Shown: one piece after another, positions 12,003-23,993 of the stretch
How the letters are laid out: the number at the start of each line of letters is the position of its first letter
Numbering within the stretch: the stretch's first letter is position 1
Assembly (NCBI GenBank): GCA_002633005.1
Contig: NMRA01000712.1
Coordinates: 131,850 to 188,053, forward strand
DNA: 56,204 nucleotides
Direction: 5' to 3'
Origin: Phoronis australis
Lineage: Eukaryota; Animalia; Phoronida
Notes under the pieces: generated by a model
Databases searched by the model: none
What the model was told of the DNA's origin: nothing
Seen by the model: only the letters and a program-made list of their open reading frames with translations
Translations under genes and position numbers: made by a program

Positions 12003-15000
12003 GTAAGTAAATTTCTGCATTTTGTCAAATTTGGATTTGGTGGAAGGTCTCTACAAGTATCTGTAGTACCCTTAAGCCTGCGAGAAATACATATTCCATT
12101 GATATCTTGTAAGGAAAATTGTTTCGAGTCACGAGGAACTCGGCTGTCTCCCGGTAGTCGGTAGGTGTGGATCAGACCGGAATTGTGCGCCAGTAAAAGG
12201 CAGTCCAAGCTTTTTGGGTATTTCCATTTGGTTGACTTCCAATAAACAAGACCTGAAATAATAAGTTTAGATACAAGTCGGTTTGATGTACCCATCATCC
12301 ACTCACGTTTTCACTTCAATGAAAACTACCAGTAACTTTAGTAATTTGCACTACTTGAGCACAGCTCCCCACGTTACATGACCTATTTAAACCAGTCGGA
12401 AAAGGGGGTTGATACCTGATGTCCTTACTTTGTTATGCATTTCTAGGTTCATGCTACGCTTTTATAGTCAAATTGGCTAAAATATCCAGACCATTGTGTT
12501 CTTATCTTTTATTTTGTAGTGTAACTGGTATTTTTTGAGGGGATGAAAACTTCTCATTTCAAAGTCGAATTCCAGGTTGCCCCCTGTTCACGAGGCTTAA
12601 ATGAATACATAAAGCGTGATTGGTGTAGTAAAAAATAATATAATCCAAGTTTTGAACATGGTACCTCTTTGTTTCAATGCCAGGCGTCCTAACCTGTCGA
12701 ACAAAGAGCAATTGTCCTTAGGCGAGTGATTAAGAGAGTCCTTTATATTACTACACTCACTGCAGGTTCATCACACTTTTCCCCATTCAATGATTTAGGG
12801 GTCACGCTGCCTAGAACTCAACTTCAGTGTGGCCCCCTCTGCATGCGCTTCCTCCTCGGCCATTATGACATTATCAAACTCAAGAGGCTGTGTTGTCCTT
12901 TTCTGCTGTGGTGAATGCGTACCATTGTTGAGCACCAATTCACAGGCGTCCTCAGCTTCTAATCGTCCCCAATACACTACATATAATACTACAAGGTATG
13001 ACACTCCTGACTAGAAATTCCACGGGTGTTTCACTTCAGCCGTCCATAGCAAACATAAAACTCAATACATTTGCATAAAACAGAGGTTCAACAAACCATG
13101 AAGAATTTTTGTCTCCCAATACCATTCACGGTCTCCTGTTCCGGCGACTTTGTAAGAAATTTGCAGTCAAAGAACAAAAATGTTCACAAAAAGCCCAAAC
13201 ACACTAACATCTTGGACTGCTCGAGGTCAAAGACGGTACGGAAATTACCGATGAATTACGGATGGACAGCATTATCGACATCATGACTTTACGCGACAAA
13301 CTGGCAATTTCTGTACCGCCCTTGACCTCGAGCCGTCCAAGATGGAAGCGTGTTTGGGCTTTTTGTGAAATTTTTGTTCTTTGACTGCGAATTTCTTACG
13401 AAGTCGCCGGAACAGTACACCGTGAATGGTATTGGGAGAAAGAAAAATTCTTCATGGTTTGTTTTTGTAAATGTATTGAGTTTTATGTTTGCTATGGACG
13501 GCTGAAGTGAAGCACCCGTGGAATTTCTAGTAGGGAGTGTCATACCTTGTAGTATTATATGTAGTGTATTGGGGACGATCAGAAGCTGAGGACGCCTGTG
13601 CACCAATGTAGTGAAAAATCACCTAGTCCAAAATTTGAACCTGATACCTCCTGTTTCAAAGCCAGGTGTCCTAACCAGTCGACCAAAAGCAATTGCTCAT
13701 AGGTAAGTGATGAAGAGAGGCCTTTATGTTGCTACACGCACTGTAGATTCACCACATAGGGAGTCTGGCTGCCCCTGCGACAAACTATAGGGGCGACACG
13801 TTGCCTAAAAATTCCATATCTGTGTTCTGTTTTTAGTGAATAAACAATTGCTCTGTTGGGTGGGATGATAACATACTTAAAATGCATTAACACTAGGCAA
13901 CATGTTTCCCCCAATGTGTTGCGCCATTCCTTACAAAACAATAGCTTAAGTCCCAAATATTGACGTTTTCACTTTGTCAGATTTATCCACAAAAACCATG
14001 ATTAAGAAAAAATTTTAGGTCTATAGGGCTCAATGTTTAGCATTATGTAAAATTGCCAAATGTGACCTAGCAAATTCCGTGGTCGCCAAACGGACAATGA
14101 TGTTGCTAAAAACCTGCAGGGGTCAGGATAGTGCTTTGATCTCTTTACCCTGTCCATTCCACACCCAAAAAACGAAACATTGTTTACGCATACGTCGGGG
14201 TCAAGCCCTGCCATATTTCGTGGTGCGATGCGGACTCCCATCTATTTGCCTGCTATTATAGACTGATCTCTGGCGACTTCGTGGCGACTTTGGATTTTTA
14301 CCAGGTCGCATTTATGATCTGTAGGTTGCCAAATCGAGCACTGGTCTATTATTAGCTTGGTTTTTACTGTGTGGATGACATAAAACAATAAAATTCCCAT
14401 TATTTGTAGCAAGGTAATCAGCCTTTGGAAGTGGAAAATGACAATTTTGGCAATTGTTTCCGTGTGAAATAAGTGGAGACTTACTGCATTGTAGCTTAGA
14501 CTGGACAGACTGCAAGTTTGACTGTTGTGTCTGCTACATGGTTCAAAGAAAAATTCTAACTGTTCTTTGAACATGAATGTGAGCATGCCAATTTACGGTG
14601 TGCCGTGCAAGTTTGTTAAAGTTTCCTAGATTTTGAATGTCTGGACTTCAAAGCTGTTATGACTTCTCTCTCTACCAGTGTAGCTTGATCGACATACATC
14701 TTATGTAAGGTGAAAAAACCACCGTGGAATTAGTGCTATTGCAAGAAAAATGAAATTATCTATGCTCTATAAAGCCGTCTGAATCCATCCAGAGGTTTTT
14801 AACTAAGTCACGATGAATATTGGTGTTATCATTCACAATAAACCCAGGTTTGCTATGTGGCTACAGCTTTACAGGTGTATGTGACCCCCATATAAATGGG
14901 TTAGGTGTGGAATGCTGCCTCCCCAAGTAATCAAGAACATCCACATGCTGATAATTCGCATTTGTTTTGTCAATGATAAGCCCGACCTTATTGACTTGGT

Positions 15001-18000
15001 TCTATTGTGAGTCATGAGGTGGGAGATTTTCCATATAAGGAGATGTATTTCCTCAACATGACCAGTCCAGTGGTGTTACTCAAGCTCAACTACATAAGTT
15101 GTTCTTGAAGTCATCGCGACTTCTACAGTTCTCCACACTGTGTATTTACTTGTCACAACAATGAGTTTGGCTTGCTTCTGTGTACTTTGAAATTTATGTA
15201 AGCTAGCATGAACTTTTGAGAGATTAATCATTTCAATAAGTCGCATTTTGGACTTGAGATCAAGTCTCAGACAATATGGACATGGGAGTTTTTTGAACAA
15301 GTATGTTCACGAATTATATTCTTGCTTAATTTTCTTTTGTGGCTAACACTGAACAAAGATTTTGAAATTCTTGCTACCATATTCAGTTACTCATTTTTGC
15401 TTAGAATTTATCTCTCGGTAAACATGTCTTTGCTATGTGCAGAGTAGATGTTTGTTCTTCCTTTCATCGTAAACATCACCTCTAAGTTTTTTATTTGGTT
15501 TTGTCAAGTGCTGTTCCTCAGAGCAATCGCTTTTGTTTTGGACATAAGTCATTCTAATGCTTGCAGAGTGTTTCTGTTGATCAGTGTGCTGGGGTTATGC
15601 TTCAAACAAAAAATTGCATGTTGGTTAGTACAGGTTATATCCTTTCTAGTCTTTACAAGGTTAAAAATTTTGAGTGTTTTCAAAAACTTGGTCATGTATG
15701 TGTTGTTCTACCTCCTTGAAAATGGACAATTGAATGTTGATTTTGGACACTGTTTGCAACAGACATTCTTCGGCTTCATGAATGAGAAATACTTAACATT
15801 GTCCAGCCTGTTGTGAATTTTCCTAAAAGTAAATCACTCTATTGCAATGTCTAAAACTAGCCAGACCTGCTTGTCCTTATCCAATGTTAACTCATAACAT
15901 AAATGTTACAGGGAAATGTGTAAGGTCATCCTGGTGACACTGATAAATAACTGGGGGCTTTTAACTGGCTAACTTTGGTAGATTTTAGCATAAACATTAC
16001 AGGGAGATGGGTAAGGTCATCCTGGTGACACTGATGATTGGGGACTTTTTTACTGTCTGACTTTCCTAGTTTTTAACATAAATAATACTGGGGAGACCTG
16101 TAGGCTCATGACACTGACCTTAATGAAGAAGTGGGAAATTGTTAACTGACTGTCATAGCAGTTAGACTGGTCGTATGCCTATATTTAACCTAGAGACATA
16201 AAAAGAATAACTGTTGATCCCCCATTAACTTTCATGAACAAACTAAATGTTACTACTAGAAAACAAAGCTTTGTGTATAGCTGGCTTTCCGTTTTATACC
16301 ACACAAACTACCAAAACTTTATTATTCCGTTGTTACGCGTGGTCAACTTTTTTCTTTATATCTTTCCGTTATCTTTCCTATGTCGATGTTTTTCGTTGGC
16401 ACTACTCTTCTCTCTGCTCGCACCGTTTCGTCTCCTGTCACGTACCTGTTACCAAGTCAATTTATCCTGCTCTTGGCCTTCGCTCGGGTCACCTACCGAC
16501 CTTGCGGTACTTCATAACTCAGGCAAGTCTTTGTTTGAACTCCACCTGTTCTTAGTTTATGAAATCCCCGCTAATGTGGTTCTCAGACTATGAATCTTTC
16601 CGTGTAACGAGTGAAGAATCCATTACATAATGAACATGCCTTATTTTGACACGGGTGTTTGCTTCACACCAAAACATTGGTGCCCAAAAACATGTCTGAT
16701 AGCCGCTGCTTTTGTTGTGTTTCTGCTTTGACATTGGTGTTAAACGTTATTGGGAACAATTTGCTGTGGGTCAAAGCTGATCCAATTCTGTTCCGTGTCT
16801 GCGCACGCATCAGTTTTTACTCCGGAAACCTGTGCGCATGGGTGGGTGAAAAAAATTAGTGGAATATTGACAACCTCCTAGTAAATTGCTGGAAAATCAA
16901 GCTCGCTGTTAGTGTCTGAGAGTCGTGTTGTGCAGCGATCTTTAATTTGCCTATGCATGACTTTATCCACTGCAAATTGTTACCTTAAAAATGACCACAG
17001 CTGCATCTCTGTCCTGGAACAAGTACCGTAAACAATTTGCACCTATTTTACTTCCTGTGTACAAGTTGTGTCTTTATGAGTGCTGAAGCAGTGACCACTT
17101 TTTGAAGATATGTTCTCAGCAGGTTGGAGAAATGATTCATTGGCCAGATCCACTAAATACACTCTTCTTGCTTAAACCCCAAGGCACTAGATTGTAGGTG
17201 TTGCACCCAGGTGCGTCGCATTTCATTTTGATATGGTCAGAGCACTGTTTCTCCATCCTGAACCAGCATCTTTCGTGAATGAGATATACCATGTTCACAA
17301 TTCTGAAATTTCTGTGTCTTGTTAACAATTCTGAACTATCTGTATTCTGTGGTTGTGAACCTTCACCTTTCGTACTGCTCCATTTCATATTGTCAGTCAA
17401 GAGCCAGCTATGGGATTCAAGGAATTTTACCCAAACGCTGCTTTAAGAATAGTGAAGAAGTGGTCAAGTTTCGTTAAACATTAACCTTTTTTCTTGGTTG
17501 TATTTTATTAACTAAGTTCTTAACTTACTCTACTCATCGTGTTAAATATTTTGTGTTTGCGACATAGTTTATTTTTCTCCTTTAATCAAAATAATGTAAG
17601 AGACTCGATATTCACTAGCTGTGGCTGATGAAGGATGAACCCTGTTTTGTATAATAGAGAGAGTAAAGAGATGATCGCCAGCATGGGTGCATGGGTGGGA
17701 TAAGGGTTCCACGTGCCTACCTGAACGCATGCTACATGCCAAAATTATTCAGGCACAATGATTGGGAATTCCCTGTAATGGCGGCTGGTGACAATAGCCT
17801 TCCCTGACTCATGACTGAATGAGAGTTGGGCGCTTGCACAGTGTGTATGTACATAGCACTGCACTGCACTACCATTGGTATATCAAGCGGAGAGTTCTAG
17901 GCTCTTGCTGGTGTTGTAGCAACTCCTATACCTGTTCATGCTTAGCTTAGCCCAGTTCGTAGATAGAGAACATTTATCACTTGTCTGTGTGCCCTTTAGG

Positions 18001-21000
18001 CCATAAAGATCTCAATTATAGTAATGGTAAAATATTTTTAACTCGATAATGATACGGTAAACATTGGTTTAGAACCATGGTTGCGTAAGAGCCCACCTCC
18101 TTTTGAAAACATTTTGAGGGGGGAATTTTTAGGAGCAAGGGCACTAAATGCCCATGACAGGAGGATAATGTAAAAAGGTTATTCATCAGAGCAAATACCC
18201 TGTATGCTACTTAACATAGCATAGCATTATTAGATTTTGGCTCCAGAAACATCAAACTGTGAAGCAACCAAGAGTGAAGGGAGAGGAAATGGTCTGTGGT
18301 CGGCTTTAAATCCTGATGTTCAACAGTGTTTACTTCATGATGTGATGTTTTGTTGTGTTAATTGCTTTGTAAACGAATTAATTAACTAAAAACGAAAAGT
18401 TAACCATCTCAACTTTTGCCTTACACTTAAGGTTATCTTGGATCTTAATAAATGACCTAAATATTGAGACATATAATGTAAAGTTTTCTTTTAAAAAAGT
18501 TTTATGAAAATCTGCTGGGGATTATTTTGCCATGGATGTACCTTTCTTGCACATGGAAATTTAACTTAAAAAAACGTGATCACGAGACAATAATAAAGAC
18601 GCAGAAACATATTTTTAGAATCCCCAGTCTTTCTCCTTTCAGAAAATATATACCTTTTATGGTTGACAAAGCACAGTTTTTTCGATATTTGTCTTGGAAT
18701 TGAGGCCGTTTATTAAGGTCCTAGATAACCTTAAAGAGTGCAAGTGGTTGTCTGATATATCATCAGCATGGTTCTTCCAATAGTTGCAGAGTATTTAATA
18801 CTTATTAACGAAAGCATACATCTCTCAGTAATGTTAATGTATCTTTTCTATTTTTGCAGTCTATGTCAGGGATTAGCGTTCGACCTGAAGTACTTGAGAT
18901 ATACGAATTGATGAGAAAGAAGAAGAACGAAAAGCGTTGCATGTTCCTCAACATTTACAAAGAGGGAAAAGAAGAAGTATGCTTGTCTAAAGAGACTCCT
19001 GCTGATGAAAACAGTAGGTGACTTACTTGAAAACTGATTTCTGATGTTCTCAATGCCCACTGCTTGACAGTGCCACCATTAGGTCAATGGTATAATGGTG
19101 TTAAGTTTAAAATTAAATTGTAATCTTTCTACTGAATAAAATTCATGCTTTGACAGAGTAGAATAAGTCACTTAAGGGCGTGGTCTTGAGCACTAATCAA
19201 CTGACTGTTCTTTCCAAGTCTAGAAATTGCTTGACCACGGAACAATGTGAGTTCAGATTCATAATAGCAAGTGTTTTAAAAAGATACCCTAAGTATGTCT
19301 ATAGGGCCTTCCTTACTAACGTTGACACATTGATGTTTTGTGGAGTTGTGGTCTGTATGAACGGTTAACTTTGGTCCTGGCTTGAAGTTGACAGTGCCAG
19401 TTAACTTCGCAGTAAACAGATGGATTTAACAGCGGAGTGTCAACGCTGTGGTGCAGTGTAAATGGTCAACTTCGGTCTCATCGAAGTTATCGCTAGGTGC
19501 CACTGTTATCGTCAACAATTCAAGGGTAGTGTAGTCGCTAATGTTATATTTTGTTCGAATAATCACCAATCAAATCAAAAATAAGTTTTATGTCATTTAG
19601 CAGATTTAAATGTTCCCAAATTGTTGCATTAAACAAAAACTTAACGTGCAGCACTACCTTGCGATTGCTTCGATGGCGACAGCATCAACTTCCATTTACT
19701 TCGATGTCCGTGAACTACTGAAGCCAGTACGAACGGTTTAGTTAACTTCGCAGTTTACATTGACGCTCTCCTCTGACCACAGTTAAGTCAGTATGAAAAG
19801 GCCTTGTTTATTGCATGGAAATGGCTGATCGACCAAACAAAACGCGTATTTTCAAATTGGTCGTATGACTTTGTTTTATTTTATTTTATTTTACTTTATG
19901 TATTTACTGGTAATAACAAATAGCCAGAAAAACCAATGATAAAATTCGCAGCAATATCCTACGTCTACAAAGTAAGGCAGACATTAATGAACTCTGACGT
20001 AGTTACTGCCTGACTGCGCATTGTGTTTTAGCGAGTCGTAACCGCAAAATAAAAGTATGTCTTCCAATCAGAACATTGTCAAATTTTGGACTGGCATTAA
20101 TCATAGTTGTGATACTGTACTTAAATTAAAGTAAAGCTTGTTTATTTGATTTATCAATGTAAGACTTTATATTTTAATGTTACCCGTGGCACGAATGCAT
20201 GGCTGAAAATACGCGCTCTAACTTTACTTGTGCAGTCAAAATAGTGACGTCATCCACTGGAATTGTAGGATGAGACTTAACGATTTCAACTCCTCTGACA
20301 CTGATTAGTCTGCCATTTTTGCCGAAATAGGCCTGGTGCTTTTCTCGTAGTATGTTAGTATGCTCTAATGAGTGATTATTTGATCATTTGTTAATGGATA
20401 TCAGAATATTTGAACGTGAAATTTGCGAGATGAACAAGTCGGACTGGTGTCAATACTCACGGAAATGACTCTGAAGAGTCATAGCGGAACTTTCTTGTCA
20501 ACCAGTTTTCAAAATGAAGTATCGTTAACACTATCATAATACATCATTGGAATTCTTTTTAAACCTTAAAAAATTACTTGGGATATCTAGTCTAAAGTAA
20601 GTGTAGGTTTTTGTGACGGATGTAGGCTTTATAGACACTTTAATTATCTGCTGTTGGTTTCGATACCATTCCCCTCAAATTCCGTTTGGAACGAAAAGTT
20701 TTAGGATTAGCAGTTAGGCCTTACACTAGGAAAGGCAATGTCAGAGTTACAAAAAGTTGTACACAGTGGGGCTTGCCATATTTTGGTGGTTGGCATCACA
20801 GGAAGAGGACCACACTATCACAGTTGTGGTGAACTGAAATAGAGCCCTAGTTATATGTAATGCCTGGGCTTTTGACTAACTGACAGTCCGCTGATGATTG
20901 AGGCGATACTCAGCACGTACAATGAACCACCTTGTCAAGCCATATTATTCACCTTGTTCTTGAGCACAAACAATGTCTAAACCTCCCAAAGCCAGAAACT

Positions 21001-23797
21001 ACTTGTGATTAAAATCTGTATAAAGTACCATTTCGACTCAGTTTTTGAAAATATTGTTTGTTGAGAGAAGAGGGGGTTCTACTGGCAGAGTCACTCTGTA
21101 ATTTGTTCCGGTGTTCAATGCTGTCCTGTGCTCTATTTTGTAGTCACCACTTTGGAGGACCTGCAAAATGCCGTGAAGGATAGGTACACAAAGAAGGCAT
21201 GCTATATTGTGTTTGATTACCACCACCAACAAAGTGGCACTCACAAGGAAGACCTTGTCCTCATCAAGTTGTAAGTTTCTACTCCTGCAATTTTCAAATA
21301 CTTAAACGTATTGTAGATGTGTCTACTCAAATGCTTATCCAGATAATAGAAAGCTTTTCACATAATTGTTCCGGTTGTGATGAGCCCAGAGTTTTAGGCC
21401 CATTTTGTTACAGTTTTTAAAATTTTTGTTCTCATAACAAGTCTGGCCCTAGTACAATGATTTAAGGTTTGTTACAAAGCTGAAAAATGTATGACATCCA
21501 AGGTACTTCTCGTAGCCAATTTGAGTGGTATTCCGTATAGTATTTTGGAGTTTGGGGTACTTCCGGATTCATCTCGAAGGAGAGCCCCCAAAATCAGCTT
21601 GGATGTACTTCCTCCAGTATTCCCAAGACCACCTGAAGAGGTACTCCCAGATCTAGTTCGGAGAAGCACCTTTTGCTTAGATATGCACTTTTGCATTTGT
21701 TGTATTTCTGCTAAGACTACGACAGATGTTGATTTTCTGACCTATCTAATTACTGTTGTGGCCCCTAGTGGCAATTATGTTTTTTGCGTTGGCGGTTGTA
21801 TCGGAGTAATTGTCAGATATAACGTGCCTGCGATTTGAGTACCAGTGCTGTCTGCTTAACGATAACGCCTTCCCATTTCATTTTGGGATGAATTTCAGTT
21901 TCAATGTTGTCTAGCGTAATCTGAATTCATGAAGTCTTCCTAACAATGACGATGCCATTTATGCGCCCTCATATTCACATGTGGGTGCATATTGCCGTCA
22001 TCTCTGTCTGGGCATCCGGGCGTCTGCGGCTGTATCTCCTAAACCCCTTGCAGGATCTTATTGAAATGTGGCAGGTGTGTTCCTATTGGGTTGACGACAG
22101 TGGGCGACGAGTTTCGGACGGACCTGAATACCGCTGTGCCCCCTGGTGGCAATTTTAGTTTTTTACGTTTGCCTCTGCATCTTGAAAGGTCCTCAACCGA
22201 TTTTCATGAAATTTGGCACATAGGCATCTATTAATGAGATGACGCTATCCTTTCGTTTTCGGATGGATTCGAGGTATCTTGCATTACCTAGTGGCCATTT
22301 TTACTGTTTTCGAGTCTGTTTTTTGGCATCCATCCCTCCATCAACCAAGCCGCTCAAAGGATGATTCCGAAAATTGTCATGTATGTTTTTACTATGAAGT
22401 GGACGGCTGACGATGGTTTTCCGACGACTTGAACTACTGTGGTGTCTCCTAGTGGCAATTTTGTTTTTTTTGCGCCTATGGCTGTATCTCCTAAATCGTT
22501 TGCAGGATCTTTACTAAATTTAGTAAGTGCATTTATAGGATGTTAATAAGGCAGGATGACGACTATCAGACAGATCTGACTACTGGTGTGCCACCTAGTA
22601 GCAATTTTATTTTTTTATGTTTACCTCTCTATCTTCAAAGGTCCTCAATGTATTTTCATAAAATTTGAGGTCCTCAATGTATTTTCATAAAATTTGGCAT
22701 ACAGGCATCTGTTAATGAGGTGACGCCATCTCTCCGTATTCCATTCGACTTAGTTTGCGCCACCTAGTGGCCATTTTTTGCTGTTTTTGAGTCTGTTTTT
22801 TGGCGTCCACTCCTCTATCAACCAAACCGCTTTCAGGATAAATGTATGTTTTAACTATGAAGTGGATGGCTGATGATGATTTTCCAACTTCGATTATTGT
22901 GGCGCCTCCTGTTGGCAGTTTTTTTGCGCTCATGGCTGTATTTCCTAAACCGTTTGCAGGGTCTTTACTTGATTTAGCAAGCGTATTTATATGATGTTGG
23001 ACCATGAACAACGACTACTTTCGGATGGATCTGACCACTCGTGTGCCCCCTAGTGGCAATTTTAGTTTTTTACCTTTACCTCTGTATCTTAAAAGGTCCA
23101 AAACAGATTTTCATAAAATTTTGAATATAGGCATCTATTGAAGAGATCACGCTTTGCTCCTGTTTTTTGAAAATTGAAATGTTCTCAGTGTGAAGAGGAC
23201 TTTTGATGATGGCGACTGTGGCGCCTCCTAGTGGTAGCTCTGTTTTGTTTTGCATCCATAGCTGTATTTGGATGGATTGTACATTTTTGCGCCATCTAGT
23301 GGCCATTTTTATGATACAAATAAATAACCCTAAAAGCACAATATTTGCGATGCATTCGTGGGCGCATTTCAACACTCCGCGTTGCTCTTGTTTACAGTGG
23401 TAGCTAGTTTTTTAAACTGTTCTCGGAGATTCAAACAAGTCATGAGTGCAGCCAAACAGGTCGTTGCAACAGATTAAAACCGAAAGTGGGTCGAGTCATG
23501 GGAGTAATTCAACACTTTGTGGGGGAATAGTGTGTCTTTATGTTTAGTTATGTTTCAAACTAGATATGAATTGTTGACAAGAAAATTTGATATAAATACT
23601 CTTTCTATATATGTGAAGTTGCTCTGTATCAGTGGTTCTGTGTATCTTTTTGCAGTGTTGACGATGAAGCCCACATCAAGGACAGAATGCTCTATGGCTC
23701 CACCTTCAATACTTTGAAGCAAAAGTTTTCGGGTATCAAAAAGTTCTTCGAGTTGACAGACCCTGATGACATCCCAGATATAGCTAAGGGTGTCTAA
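12000..23797 (+). CDS. ADF/cofilin-family protein, module 1 (divergent), ~141 aa
   Basis: ATG 12000-12002 plus exons 18860-19013, 21144-21270, 23656-23797 (phases 0/1/2, open frame): MSMSGISVRPEV...ACYIVFDY...DLVLIKFVDDEAHIKDRMLYGSTFNTLKQKFSGIKKFFELTDPDD. An in-exon ATG at 18863 is an alternative start. Confidence 0.85.
12941..13600. mobile_element. Foldback/palindromic non-autonomous DNA transposon (P- or hAT-like) with an 8-bp TSD
   Basis: Termini CACAGGCGTCCTCAGCTTCT ... AGAAGCTGAGGACGCCTGTG; arms of ~300 bp around a short spacer; flanks caccaatt / caccaatg (7/8 identical). Confidence 0.8.
13621..13692 (-). pseudogene. Degenerate tRNA-like (Gln/Glu-like) sequence or SINE head; second copy at ~12641-12710
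   Basis: Minus strand reads tggtcgactggttagg (A-box-like), cctggctttgaaacagg (anticodon-arm-like), ggttcaaatt (B-box-like), then a T-run. The acceptor stem does not pair. Confidence 0.35.
15896..16120. repeat. ~90-bp tandem repeat, 3 diverged copies
   Basis: cataaa..ttacaggga.atg.gtaaggtcatcctggtgacactgat repeated. Confidence 0.7.
18431..18730. mobile_element. Kolobok-type MITE (300 bp)
   Basis: TTAA|GGTTATCTTGGATCTTAATAAATGACCT ... AGGCCGTTTATTAAGGTCCTAGATAACC|TTAA: TIRs, RR..YY termini and a TTAA TSD. Confidence 0.8.
19305..19803. mobile_element. Probable MITE (PIF/Harbinger-like GGCC termini)
   Basis: ggccttccttactaac ... gtcagtatgaaaaggcc imperfect TIRs; internal gttaacttcgcagt repeats. 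Confidence 0.4.
21958..23393 (+). mobile_element. Helentron-associated/DINE-1-like non-autonomous element (HINE) with internal tandem units
   Basis: 5' tttATGCGCCC with nearby inverted GGGTGCAT; a gtct/gtcc-like tract; tandem units containing gaaatttggca and cctagtggc; 3' sub-terminal GGGCGCAT (23360-23367), hairpin caacactccgcgttg, then CTTGT-TT. Confidence 0.75.
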
Positions 23798-23840
23798 AAG
23801 TATTGAAGCTCTGAACGTTATGACAGTGCACATCAAGGTA

Positions 23841-23993
23841 TACTGCAAAACTCATACATGTTGGATCTTACTGGACTAACAGATTTTGTCGGAGTATGGC
23901 GAAGTCTGATTTGCCTTAAGCGCCAAATGCGTATGTTTGGCAGAGTTAATCTGATATGACTTGTGTGCATCTGACTTGCGTGAGCTTCACTGC
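23841..23993. mobile_element. Tc1/pogo (Tigger-like) MITE relic in the 3' UTR of cofilin module 1
   Basis: tactgcaaaactcatacatgttgg ... ctgacttgcgtgagcttcactgca imperfect TIRs, similar to tacagtaaaactcgcacaagtcgg at 47546. Confidence 0.45.

Noticed and set aside
15448-16593. Hydrophobic 100-120 aa ORFs as membrane proteins
   Set aside because: T-rich intronic sequence with no domain motifs or splice support; likely chance ORFs, as are most others in the track.
19014-19019. Alternative donor AG|gtgact after 19017 for module 1
   Set aside because: Phase 2 is incompatible with the next exon; the phase-1 donor after 19013 keeps the frame and matches the paralogues.
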